Shown in pieces: positions 1 through 8,757 of a stretch of DNA of 64,000 nt. The notes under the pieces were generated by a model. That model had not been told where the DNA came from and did not search any database. It saw nothing but the letters and a program-made list of their open reading frames with translations. Positions within the stretch are counted from its first letter, which is position 1. Each line of letters starts with the position of its first letter. The translations under genes were made by a program, and so were the position numbers. Source of the stretch: Acidimicrobiia bacterium (GTDB lineage Bacteria; Actinomycetota; Acidimicrobiia; Spongiisociales; JAENVV01); contig JBFGJH010000002.1 in the NCBI GenBank assembly GCA_041577335.1, forward strand, positions 16,389 to 80,388. The letters are read 5' to 3'.

Positions 1-97
1 GCCAGAGTGATCGCCAACCCGACAGGCCAGACAAGCTTCATCAAGTCAGTATCCTTACCCCGGCGTTCGTGCCCTGAACTCTACCGATCATTGGCTG

Positions 98-976
98 ATG
101 TCTATGTCTGAACCCCTCCACATCCCGCCGGCCGACCCGCCGCTCGTCGACTTCGTCGTCATCGGGGCCATGAAGTCCGGCACGTCGACATTGCATGCGT
201 GGCTCGATGAGAACCCGCAAGTTTCGATGTGCTCGTGGAAGGAGCCGAGCTTCTTCTCCAACGAGGACCGTTGGGAGCGCGGCGTCGCCTGGTACGCGGG
301 TCTGTTCCCTGCTGCCGATGGCGCAAAGCGCGGCGAAGCCTCCACGAGTTACACCGACCCCCGTTTCGCGGCGGTTGCCGCAGAGCGGATAGCCGGCCTC
401 GCGCCCGACGCACGGTTGATATATCTGGTGCGCCATCCCATCGATCGGTCTCGTTCCCACTACCGACATCAGGTCCAGCGGGGCCGAGAGAAACGGCCGC
501 TGGCAGAGGCGTTTGCCGACATCGATGCGTTGTACCTCAGCCAGAGTCAGTATTGGACGTGCCTTCAGCCCTACCTGGAGCGCTTTCCCCGCGACCAGAT
601 CCTGGTGGTGCGCCTCGAGGATCTCGTCACCGAGAGTAATGCCGCCTGGGGCTCCATCCAGCGCCACGTCGGGCTCTCGTCGAGGCCGCGTCCGACCACG
701 GTCAAGAACGTCACAGCCGACAAGAGTCAGTACACGTGGCTGATGCGATGGCTCTGGGAGCGGAATCTCCTCCCGTCCACAGCACTCATACCGAAGCCGC
801 TGCGAGGCTTGGGTCGACGGGTACTGATGCGGGATGACGATGCTTACGATCGTCTCATCCAGAACTCGCACGATCCTGTCCCGGAGGAGATGACTGCTGC
901 CGTGTGGGCCGACATCTCCAACCTCGAGGAATGGCTCGGGTCCACCAAACCGCTGTGGGACAGCTCAGCTCCCTAG
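98..976 (+). CDS. Sulfotransferase family protein (PAPS-dependent)
   Basis: The N-terminus FVVIGAMKSGTSTL fits the 5'-phosphosulfate-binding loop. A downstream YLVRHPIDRSRSHY matches the sulfotransferase 3'-PB region. It runs convergently to the next sulfotransferase, overlapping it by 4 nt. Confidence 0.75.
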   Translation: MSMSEPLHIPPADPPLVDFVVIGAMKSGTSTLHAWLDENPQVSMCSWKEPSFFSNEDRWERGVAWYAGLFPAADGAKRGEASTSYTDPRFAAVAAERIAGLAPDARLIYLVRHPIDRSRSHYRHQVQRGREKRPLAEAFADIDALYLSQSQYWTCLQPYLERFPRDQILVVRLEDLVTESNAAWGSIQRHVGLSSRPRPTTVKNVTADKSQYTWLMRWLWERNLLPSTALIPKPLRGLGRRVLMRDDDAYDRLIQNSHDPVPEEMTAAVWADISNLEEWLGSTKPLWDSSAP

Positions 977-1929
977 GCCCGTGATGGCCTCGTGCGCCGC
1001 CTCAGGTTCTTCCCCTTGGCTCGAGCTCGTTGCGCCTGCCATGTGAGCCATGCAGAGGCTGCGTGAGCCAGGCTGCCCGGGGTAGGCCGCCGGCCAGATA
1101 TCTCGTAGCCGAATGATGCCAAGGTCTTGCCGGCCAGCACCTCGAAGGTGGCGGCGTCTTTCGGCGACATCTGCTCCTTCCAATTGCGCAAGCCCTTGGT
1201 GGGCGGCAAAGCCAGCGACTGGTGGGCCGTGGGGTCGGCGGTCTCTGATCGAAGCTGTTCGCCCTGTTCGAAGTAGCGAAGCATTGCTGGATCGAAATCC
1301 AGCTCCAGGAACGGACTAAGTTCTCTCACGACTCTCTCGGGATCGGAAACCAGGTCTTCGTACTTCATTTCCCGGTATCGGTCTTTGCCCAGTTTGGCCC
1401 CCGACGACCGTCCGATGGTGACTCGGCGCTGCCAATAGAGCGCACCGGCGGGAACGTCTTTGGGCCCAAACTTGGTTTCCACATAGCTCAGGGCCACTGC
1501 CCGACCGTCCCGGATGACGTGCACGAACCGGGCTTCAGGAAACAGAACCGCAAGCCGTTCCATGTGCAAGACATAGCCCGGTGATTTGTCGCCGTAGCGA
1601 GCCTTGCCGCGCGCTGCTGCGTACTGCTGGAACACGCGTCTCACGGCGTCGGCGTAGTCGGCCGGGGGTCGATCGTGGAGGTCGGAAAGGAGCGCCCGTT
1701 CGTCGATTTCGAGACGGCGATAGTCGGGGATCCGGTTGAGATCGCGCACGAACATGTCAGCCGCGAATTTGCCGTCTTTGCCATACGGCCGGTCGGCGAG
1801 GCGGGGGATGAATTGTGACTCGTGGGTAATCGCCAGATCCGGATGGGCAGAGAAGATCGCTTGCACGAGCGTCGTGCCGGATCGGCCGGAGCCGATAAAG
1901 ATCGGGAACACGGGCTGCTGAGACGACAT
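973..1929 (-). CDS. Sulfotransferase (Stf0/Sulfotransfer_3-like)
   Basis: It carries FIGSGRSGTTLV as a P-loop-like PAPS motif and FVHVIRDGRAVALS as a 3'-PB-like region. It is the last gene of the minus-strand operon. Confidence 0.75.
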   Translation of the reverse strand: MSSQQPVFPIFIGSGRSGTTLVQAIFSAHPDLAITHESQFIPRLADRPYGKDGKFAADMFVRDLNRIPDYRRLEIDERALLSDLHDRPPADYADAVRRVFQQYAAARGKARYGDKSPGYVLHMERLAVLFPEARFVHVIRDGRAVALSYVETKFGPKDVPAGALYWQRRVTIGRSSGAKLGKDRYREMKYEDLVSDPERVVRELSPFLELDFDPAMLRYFEQGEQLRSETADPTAHQSLALPPTKGLRNWKEQMSPKDAATFEVLAGKTLASFGYEISGRRPTPGSLAHAASAWLTWQAQRARAKGKNLRRRTRPSRA

Positions 1930-1936
1930 AGGGGCT

Positions 1937-2749
1937 CTAGTAGCCGCTCAGCACACCGAGTTTGCGCCCGTATTCGAGAGCTCGGCCGTACAGCCACAGC
2001 GACAGGGGAAAGACGATGACGCAGAATCCCGTGAGCGCCAGCATGGCGGTATTCGACGACATCGATGGCAGGTCGCTGCCTACCGGCATCAGGACATTGC
2101 GGAGGGCGGCGACGGCGTAGGTGTGGGGGATGAGCCACGAGATCCACTGAAGGGCGGACGGAAGCTCGGAGACAGGGAAGAACACTCCCGAGAAGATCTG
2201 AACCAGCAGTCCGTAGATGAACAGAATGGGGTCACCCTGTTTGGCGAGCACCTTGAGCGAGGCAGACAGGGTGCCGATCGCAAGGCCGGCGACGAGACCG
2301 AGGGCAACAATCAGCAGGGCTGCCCACAGCTGGTCGGTGCGGAAGCGAGCGCCGAGCGCGACACCGATGGCAGCCATCAGCAGGGCATTGACGACTCCCT
2401 GGACGGCTCGCCATTGCACCATCGATATGGGCAAGAGCCGCCAATGGACAGGCTCGACCAAGAACATCTCCAGCCATCCACGGTTGATGGCGATATCGAT
2501 CTCTGTGCTGAAGCCACGCACACCGGTGTCCATGAAGCGGGATGCGAGCAGCCCAATGATCACGAACGAGAAGTAGTCGGGCTGCTCGACGAGGCGCGAG
2601 ACGAAGTAGAAGATGAACACCGGCAGAAGTGCGCTGAACTGATTGGTGATGAAGCCAAGCGGGTAGCTGAGCTCCTGTTGGAGGCCGAGGCGAAAGAACG
2701 CTCCGGCTACCTGAAGAGAACGGCGGGTTGAGCCAATGACAGCCTGCAT
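1937..2749 (-). CDS. ABC-2 type polysaccharide export permease (Wzm/KpsM-like)
   Basis: The translated ORF is about six TM helices of hydrophobic protein. It sits immediately downstream of an ABC ATPase, the typical ABC-2 arrangement. Confidence 0.7.
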   Translation of the reverse strand: MQAVIGSTRRSLQVAGAFFRLGLQQELSYPLGFITNQFSALLPVFIFYFVSRLVEQPDYFSFVIIGLLASRFMDTGVRGFSTEIDIAINRGWLEMFLVEPVHWRLLPISMVQWRAVQGVVNALLMAAIGVALGARFRTDQLWAALLIVALGLVAGLAIGTLSASLKVLAKQGDPILFIYGLLVQIFSGVFFPVSELPSALQWISWLIPHTYAVAALRNVLMPVGSDLPSMSSNTAMLALTGFCVIVFPLSLWLYGRALEYGRKLGVLSGY

Positions 2750-2750
2750 G

Positions 2751-3857
2751 TCAGCGCCTCTGCTCGTCGGGTATCAGCATCTTGGCGAGCAGGTCACGGA
2801 GTGGCATACGCGACACCGTGATCCCGGCGATTTCGTCCAGGCGCCCGTTGGCGGCCGCGAACAGATCGCCGACACCGAGCGTGCTCGACAAAACCACCGT
2901 CTCGTCTTCGCTTCGCACGACTTCGACTCCATCGATGGAACCGAGGAGGTCGACCGCCGCCGCTGCCGCCTCCGGAGTGTTGAACTTGGCTTCGAGGCGC
3001 GGTTGTTCCCACAGGCCCCGCAGGTTGTCGAGATGCCCGTCATAGACAATCTCGCCTTCGTTGAGGAGCAGCACGTGCTCCGGTAGCGCCTCGATCTCTT
3101 CGAGGCGGTGCGAGCTGATCAACGTGGCCATACCTTGCTCAACGGTTGCCTGCTTGATGATCTCGAGGAACTGGTACGCGGCTACGGGGTCGAGTGCACC
3201 GGTCGGCTCGTCCAGGATCAGCACCCTTGGGCGGTGCAGCAGGGCCCGAGCGAGTTGCAGGCGGGCCTTCATCCCCGAGGACAGGGCGAGTGCCAGACGA
3301 CCCGCCGCTCGTTCGAGGTTCACCAATTCCAGCACGCCGCGGATACGCCGGGGCAGCGCTTTGGACGGAATGCCCTGCAGCCTGCCATGGAACATGAGGT
3401 TCTCTTTCACGCTGTGGCGGCCGAGCAGCATTCGCTCGTCTGCGGCATGAAATCCGATGACTTTGCGGACTTGGAATGATTGGGTGGTGACGTCATATCC
3501 GTGGACGAAGCCGTCCCCGGTGGTCGGCGTCGTCAGTCCGGTCAGGGTGCGGAACAACGTGGATTTGCCGGCTCCATTGGGCCCGACAATGGCACAAATC
3601 GTGCCCGGCTCGACCTGGAACGAGACTCCTTTGAGTGCGTGAACCGGCTCCTTGATCGCCGAGCGCAGCAGAACTCTCATCATCGGCGGTGACGGAATAT
3701 ACGTCTTGCTGATGTTGCGGACGTCGACGGCGAAGCGTTCGTCGCCGCCGGTGCCTCTTCTGGGCCCCCGTTGCCGGGCACCCTCATCAGTTCGTCGCAG
3801 ATCTTGTCCCACGCCTAACCCCCTTTTGGAACGCTGGATGGTACCACTGTGTGTCAA
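2751..3857 (-). CDS. ABC transporter ATP-binding protein with C-terminal extension (Wzt/KpsT-like)
   Basis: It has the Walker A motif GPNGAGKST, the signature LSSGMKARL and the Walker B motif VLILDEPT. About 100 aa of C-terminal domain is present, as in Wzt. The true start may be an internal Met. Confidence 0.85.
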   Translation of the reverse strand: MTHSGTIQRSKRGLGVGQDLRRTDEGARQRGPRRGTGGDERFAVDVRNISKTYIPSPPMMRVLLRSAIKEPVHALKGVSFQVEPGTICAIVGPNGAGKSTLFRTLTGLTTPTTGDGFVHGYDVTTQSFQVRKVIGFHAADERMLLGRHSVKENLMFHGRLQGIPSKALPRRIRGVLELVNLERAAGRLALALSSGMKARLQLARALLHRPRVLILDEPTGALDPVAAYQFLEIIKQATVEQGMATLISSHRLEEIEALPEHVLLLNEGEIVYDGHLDNLRGLWEQPRLEAKFNTPEAAAAAVDLLGSIDGVEVVRSEDETVVLSSTLGVGDLFAAANGRLDEIAGITVSRMPLRDLLAKMLIPDEQRR

Positions 3858-3863
3858 CCCCTC

Positions 3864-5063
3864 TCAGTGCCGCGGCGTCTCGATGACGGTGCGGTAGAGC
3901 TTTTCGATCTCGTGGGCGACATCATCGCTGTTGAAGTCGTCGATCATGCGCTGGCGGGCTGCCTCCCCGAGCCGGCGTCGAAGCTCGTGATCGGTGCCCA
4001 ATTCGACCACTGCCTTGGCGATCGCTGCCGGATCTTGGGCCGAGACCAACAAACCGGTGTCTCGGTCACTCACGACCTCTGTCATGGGCGGCCGATCGGT
4101 GGTGACGCAGGCCAAGCCGCTGGCCATTGCCTGAAGGAGTGAGACCCCGAGCCCTTCGTAGAGAGAAGGGAATACAAAGATGTCCGCGGCGGCGAGCAAA
4201 CGGGGGATGTCCGGTCGCACTCCGATGAGGCGCACCGAGTCGGCAAGACCCAGTTCGGCGCTCTCCGTCGTGATTGGTGATGTTTTGGCCCCGGCGCTGC
4301 CCGCCGACAAGAAAACCGCGTTGGGAAGGTGTTCAAGAATCTCCGGCATTGCCCGCACAACGTAGATTTGGCCTTTCTGGGCGACCTGACGTCCTATGTT
4401 GAAGAGCAAGAGCGTGTCTTCGGATAGGCCGAATTCGAGAAGGACGCTTCGGCGCACCTCGCCTCTTTCCTCGGGGTCCGGCAGAGTGGCCGTGTCGACG
4501 CCGCGAGGGATGACCGTGATCTTCTCGGGGGGGATGTGAACGGTCTCAGCCCACGATCGGGCCACTTCCTGGCTCAGAGCGTGAAATCGAGTGATCCACC
4601 GCATCGTCAGTCTGTCGACGGCTCTGTGGAGGGCGAGCTTGAGTGGCGTGACTGCGTCGTTGTCCACCGCATGGACAGGCTCGTGGCTGACGTTCACCAG
4701 GCTCTCGACAACGGGAACGGCAGTGAGCCGACCAGCTACCCGTGCTGCCAGCGCGGCATCCGGGAGAGCACAATGCACCAGGTCCGGCGAGCGACTTCGG
4801 AAAGCGCCGAACATGCGCCGGATGAGTCGGAGCCGATTGCGGGTGCGTTCGTGCTGCGAGTAGAGGTAGGTGATCCGGACGTGGCCGGGCACTTCGCTTT
4901 CCCTGGTGTTGCCCTCTCCGGGGTAGAGACAGAGCAGTTCGTGTTCGAATCCGGCGTCCGTGAACCTTTGAAGGTTCGTGACCAGCTGCTGCTCGGCTCC
5001 CCCTGAGCGCCCGAGGGAGTCGATGACGTGCATGATGCGCATGGGCCGTTTTGATGCGGTCAT
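3864..5063 (-). CDS. Glycosyltransferase family 4
   Basis: The N-terminus is GT4-type (MRIMHVIDSLGRSGGAEQ). The C-terminal segment FVFPSLYEGLGVSLLQAMASGLACV carries the E-x7-E motif. The six-frame ORF runs on to 5276 but that extension overlaps the upstream gene, so I chose the ATG at 5063, which overlaps the upstream stop. Confidence 0.8.
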   Translation of the reverse strand: MTASKRPMRIMHVIDSLGRSGGAEQQLVTNLQRFTDAGFEHELLCLYPGEGNTRESEVPGHVRITYLYSQHERTRNRLRLIRRMFGAFRSRSPDLVHCALPDAALAARVAGRLTAVPVVESLVNVSHEPVHAVDNDAVTPLKLALHRAVDRLTMRWITRFHALSQEVARSWAETVHIPPEKITVIPRGVDTATLPDPEERGEVRRSVLLEFGLSEDTLLLFNIGRQVAQKGQIYVVRAMPEILEHLPNAVFLSAGSAGAKTSPITTESAELGLADSVRLIGVRPDIPRLLAAADIFVFPSLYEGLGVSLLQAMASGLACVTTDRPPMTEVVSDRDTGLLVSAQDPAAIAKAVVELGTDHELRRRLGEAARQRMIDDFNSDDVAHEIEKLYRTVIETPRH

Positions 5064-6202
5064 GGGACGTGCACGATTCGGTCGTAGTGTTTCTGGACGG
5101 CTGCCGCCACGGCTTCGGTGCCATACCGTTCGCTTGCCCAGCGGCTGATGACGGCTGGTGCCGCGAACTCGTCGGTCTCGAAGCCTTTGATGATGGCCTC
5201 GGCCACCGCCACGGCACTGGGGTCGTCGAAGGCAATCCCAACATGGGCAGCGAGCTCTTCGGAAACCCCGCCGCATCTGATCGTTACCGCAGGCGTGCCA
5301 CTGAGGAGCGCCTCCACGATGGCGACCCCGAAACTCTCGCGTTCTGAGGTGTGTACGTACAGAACCGCGTCCTGGAGGAGATCGGCAATCGTTTCGCGCT
5401 TCGTCTGGCCGTGGAATGTGATCGCACTTGCGAGGCCGAGTTCAGAGGCGAGGCGTTCGAGGCTCGCTCGCTGATCTCCACCCCCGATGATGTCGAGGTG
5501 GGTGTCGGGGTACCGAGCCACGACATGTTGCAGAGCGGCAATGAGCAGGTCATGGCGCTTCCGCGTGAGCAGATGCCCGATGGTGACGATCCGCCCGCCG
5601 GTCGAAGGAAGTGGCTTGGGATGGAACAGCGATGTATCGACTGGATTGGGGATAACGTCGAATGTGCCGGTGGCTCCGAGGCGACACGCCGATTCTTTCT
5701 GCTCCTCGCCGACGAAGAAAACTGCGGCAGCCTCGGCAAAGACGAGTTTCATGATGCGTATGCCTTCCCGGCTCAGGTGATGTTCTGGGTCTGGAGCGGC
5801 GAGGCGGCTGGTGTGCTCGGTGAGGACGAACGGGATTTGTAGTTGTCTGGCGACGCTGGGGATGGCTGCGGCGCCGGCGTAGAAATGACCGTGAATGATG
5901 TCCGGGTCCCAGTTGAGGAGCGTGAGCGCTCTGCGGATGGCGGCAGCCTCCCGGCCGGCGTTCCATTTCCAGAACAGACGCACCGGGCGTAGTCGTCGTC
6001 TCCGAACGAATACCGTCGTGAAGCCGCCGACGTCTCCAAGTGCGATTCCTTTTCCGATTCGTTCGGCTTGGCGAGGCAACGTCGGCAAGACACTGAGGCC
6101 GGTAACCCGCGAGAAGCGGGCTACAGCCTTGGCCCAATCGGTGATGAATGTCGGTCCACCCAGGCCGAGCATGACGCAGTGGTATTCACGCATCGGTGCC
6201 AC
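5060..6202 (-). CDS. Glycosyltransferase family 4
   Basis: YVHTSERESFGVAIVEALLSGTPAV is a GT4 E-x7-E motif. The N-terminal GT-B domain is present. Confidence 0.8.
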   Translation of the reverse strand: MAPMREYHCVMLGLGGPTFITDWAKAVARFSRVTGLSVLPTLPRQAERIGKGIALGDVGGFTTVFVRRRRLRPVRLFWKWNAGREAAAIRRALTLLNWDPDIIHGHFYAGAAAIPSVARQLQIPFVLTEHTSRLAAPDPEHHLSREGIRIMKLVFAEAAAVFFVGEEQKESACRLGATGTFDVIPNPVDTSLFHPKPLPSTGGRIVTIGHLLTRKRHDLLIAALQHVVARYPDTHLDIIGGGDQRASLERLASELGLASAITFHGQTKRETIADLLQDAVLYVHTSERESFGVAIVEALLSGTPAVTIRCGGVSEELAAHVGIAFDDPSAVAVAEAIIKGFETDEFAAPAVISRWASERYGTEAVAAAVQKHYDRIVHVP

Positions 6203-7037
6203 CTGTCGCGCGATATCCGAGGGCCATCATTTCGGGGCGACACCGTTCTTCTATCCGCATCATGTTGGCGGTCCCGAAAAACTCGACGAGCGGAACGTTG
6301 CGATTGGCCCCTTTGGCCTGGAATTGCTGATCGACCGACGCGGAGATATCTCCGGCCATGGGGAGTCCGAGCTGCTCCGCCAATCTCGCGATGGCGGCGG
6401 TCTTGTTCGCCCGAAAATCTTCATAACGAATGAGCGTGATGTCGGCCTCGTGGTCGAGGTACACCCGGACCATATCGGCCCATCGATCGGCGATCGCTTC
6501 GAGGTAGGTACTGCGATCGAAACCGGGCCGACCTTCGCCAAGGATCAAGCGCCAAGGTTTGGGAATATCGGCCCACCGGTCTGCGGCGATGGCTTCGTCG
6601 TCACCGGCGAGATCGAGTCGGTCGAGGATGCTCCGGATGTTGTCGCGCGGGTCGCGAACCACGAATACGAACTGGGAATGCGGGAAGCGGTTGTGGAGAG
6701 CCGGGTAGATCAGTGTCAGGTTGGGGTGCTTGACGATTGGAGCCGCGAACTCGTCTCGGTTCCTTTTGATGAGGTCCTCGAGGTCGGCTTGGCCGGAAAC
6801 GATGCGGGGAATGATGAGGTCACGGATCTCCTGTTTGAGGTCGATCGTCACGTCCATGCCCGTTTGCTCACCGAGCAAGGCAGCAATGACCGAAGTGCCG
6901 GCTTTCTGGTGGCCCAGGATGAACACGGGCTGATGGCTCGGCGGGAGCGGTGGAGCGGTAAACGAACGCCATCGGGTGATCGCGGAGCGCCGGGCGCGTC
7001 CGGCGGCCGAGCGGATGCGGTGGGCAGTGATGGTCAT
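6186..7037 (-). CDS. Sulfotransferase family protein
   Basis: It has FILGHQKAGTS as the 5'-PSB P-loop and FVFVVRDPRDNIRS as the 3'-PB motif. I chose the start at MTITAH (the ATG at 7037), which overlaps the deacetylase stop by 4 nt. The longer ORF upstream of that is an out-of-frame overlap with the deacetylase gene. Confidence 0.75.
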   Translation of the reverse strand: MTITAHRIRSAAGRARRSAITRWRSFTAPPLPPSHQPVFILGHQKAGTSVIAALLGEQTGMDVTIDLKQEIRDLIIPRIVSGQADLEDLIKRNRDEFAAPIVKHPNLTLIYPALHNRFPHSQFVFVVRDPRDNIRSILDRLDLAGDDEAIAADRWADIPKPWRLILGEGRPGFDRSTYLEAIADRWADMVRVYLDHEADITLIRYEDFRANKTAAIARLAEQLGLPMAGDISASVDQQFQAKGANRNVPLVEFFGTANMMRIEERCRPEMMALGYRATGGTDA

Positions 7038-7858
7038 GGTCCGTCGTATTTGGTCAATCGGCGCCGCACATTCTCTTCCGTGCGTTGTCCCCGGCGCACC
7101 TTGCGTTTGAAGAAGATCACTCCATCGTCGAGCTGCACGGGGATCCGGTTGAGAAGGAGCGGGTCGCTGGCGCCGTCGATGGGCTGGCCCCCCCCGAGTA
7201 CTGCTGAGGCGTACTGTTCCCGAACCGCACTGTCGCATGATCGTGACCAGTAGCCCCACGGATAGGCGAAGTGGTCGGGCTTGACGCCGGTGCGGCGTTC
7301 GATGAGTTCGGTGGACAGGCCGATCTCTTCCTCTGCCTGTGGTGGTTCCAGCGTTCGGAAGTCCGGGTGGGTGTGGGTGTGGGCGCCGACGGTCACGAGA
7401 CCCGACTCCTGCATCGCATTGACCTGCTCCCAGGTGATCGGCGCCGATCGGCCGTCGTCCGACAACGGCGTCCGAGCTTCGATGGGGTGGCTGGTGAGGT
7501 AGACCGTGAATGGGATGTGGAATTCCTTGAGCAGTGGATAAGCGTTGCGGTACATATCGTCGTATCCGTCATCGAACGTGAGCACCACATGGTCAGCCGA
7601 GCCGGATTCCGCCCTCCGGTCGATCGCCTCCTCCAGGGGAAGGACCGAGAAGCCGGAGTTGGTCAAGTACTCGAGGTGACTACGGAAGTGGTCAGGGTCG
7701 AGGTCCATTTGTTTGCGGTTGCCGGCGCCGATTTGGTGATAGATGAGGATCCTGGGGCCTGGAAAGGCTCCCAAGGAAAGGTCGAGGAGCGAGAAGACCG
7801 TTTTGGCCGCCGCTCGGACGGGAGAGCCCATCAGGCGGATCCGCCGGAATCGAGCCAT
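7034..7858 (-). CDS. Polysaccharide deacetylase (CE4/NodB-homology)
   Basis: The NodB motifs are present: VVLTFDDGYDD, YLTSHPIEAR, a histidine cluster and HTHTHPDF. It is translationally coupled to the sulfotransferases on both sides. Confidence 0.85.
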   Translation of the reverse strand: MARFRRIRLMGSPVRAAAKTVFSLLDLSLGAFPGPRILIYHQIGAGNRKQMDLDPDHFRSHLEYLTNSGFSVLPLEEAIDRRAESGSADHVVLTFDDGYDDMYRNAYPLLKEFHIPFTVYLTSHPIEARTPLSDDGRSAPITWEQVNAMQESGLVTVGAHTHTHPDFRTLEPPQAEEEIGLSTELIERRTGVKPDHFAYPWGYWSRSCDSAVREQYASAVLGGGQPIDGASDPLLLNRIPVQLDDGVIFFKRKVRRGQRTEENVRRRLTKYDGP

Positions 7859-8754
7859 TGGAGGTCGTAGCCGAGGAGGGCAGCAAGGTGCTCGTTGTGT
7901 TGTCGGAAGACGTCGGCCAGATGCTCACGAATGCCCGTGTCCACGGCGAGGCTGTCGGCGCGCCCCGCTCTCCCATAGCTGTGATTGGCAAACTCGGGTG
8001 GGTGCCAGTCCTCGATTCCCAAGAACGATTCGATCGCCGAAAGGGCGTGCCGAGGGTCGGAGGTGAGGTCCTCGAACCGAACCACCATCATCTGGTCTTG
8101 GGGGTACCAGGCTTGCCACCGGATGAGCTGTTCGGCGTATTTGCCTCGCTCGACATAAGAGTACCGTCGCAGCGGCCGGGCGTGATACGTCGGGTCGTCG
8201 GCGATGCGCTCCATTTCTCGGGCAAGGCGCTCGTCCTCGCGCTGCAACGCCTCCTCGAGAGTCAGCGGTTCTTGGCCGAGGCGCCGATTGTGTCCGTATT
8301 GGGAAATCGCACGGTCGATGGGATTGCGAATGAGGGTGATGATCTTCGCTTCTGGGATCAGGTGGGCGGCCCGCTGCGCCGCCAGGGGATGCAAGAGGTA
8401 ATCGGGGGTCGCCTCGAACGCCAAGGTGGGTTGCGCGCGTCGCCTTGAACGGACAGTTCGGCTTGCGCTGAGTGGGAAATGTGCCCGGTACCAATCCTCG
8501 CCCTCGAGGAACCTCGTCGAGAAATACTCCACCTCCTTACGAAGCGATGGATACACCTGCGGATGTGCTCCGAGATATTTGTACAGCGAACTCGTCCCGG
8601 ACCGTTGGGCGCCGACGATGAGCAGGTCGGGGAGGCTGCGCGCCCGAGAAGTCAACTGGCGTGTGCGAACGCGGGTCTCGGCGAGCTGGCGGCGCCGTTT
8701 GGTCGGAGTCTTCTCCTTGATCCATCCAGCGATCGCTGGAGTCACCGCAGGCAC
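7831..8754 (-). CDS. Sulfotransferase family protein
   Basis: LLIVGAQRSGTSSLYKYL is the PAPS P-loop and ITLIRNPIDRAISQYGH is the 3'-PB motif. Confidence 0.8.
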   Translation of the reverse strand: MPAVTPAIAGWIKEKTPTKRRRQLAETRVRTRQLTSRARSLPDLLIVGAQRSGTSSLYKYLGAHPQVYPSLRKEVEYFSTRFLEGEDWYRAHFPLSASRTVRSRRRAQPTLAFEATPDYLLHPLAAQRAAHLIPEAKIITLIRNPIDRAISQYGHNRRLGQEPLTLEEALQREDERLAREMERIADDPTYHARPLRRYSYVERGKYAEQLIRWQAWYPQDQMMVVRFEDLTSDPRHALSAIESFLGIEDWHPPEFANHSYGRAGRADSLAVDTGIREHLADVFRQHNEHLAALLGYDLQWLDSGGSA

Positions 8755-8757
8755 GGC

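Noticed and set aside
41-871. A 276-aa minus-strand ORF overlapping the 98..976 sulfotransferase
   Set aside because: It is antisense to a gene with clear sulfotransferase motifs. It is Arg/Pro-rich and typical of the spurious antisense ORFs seen in high-GC DNA.
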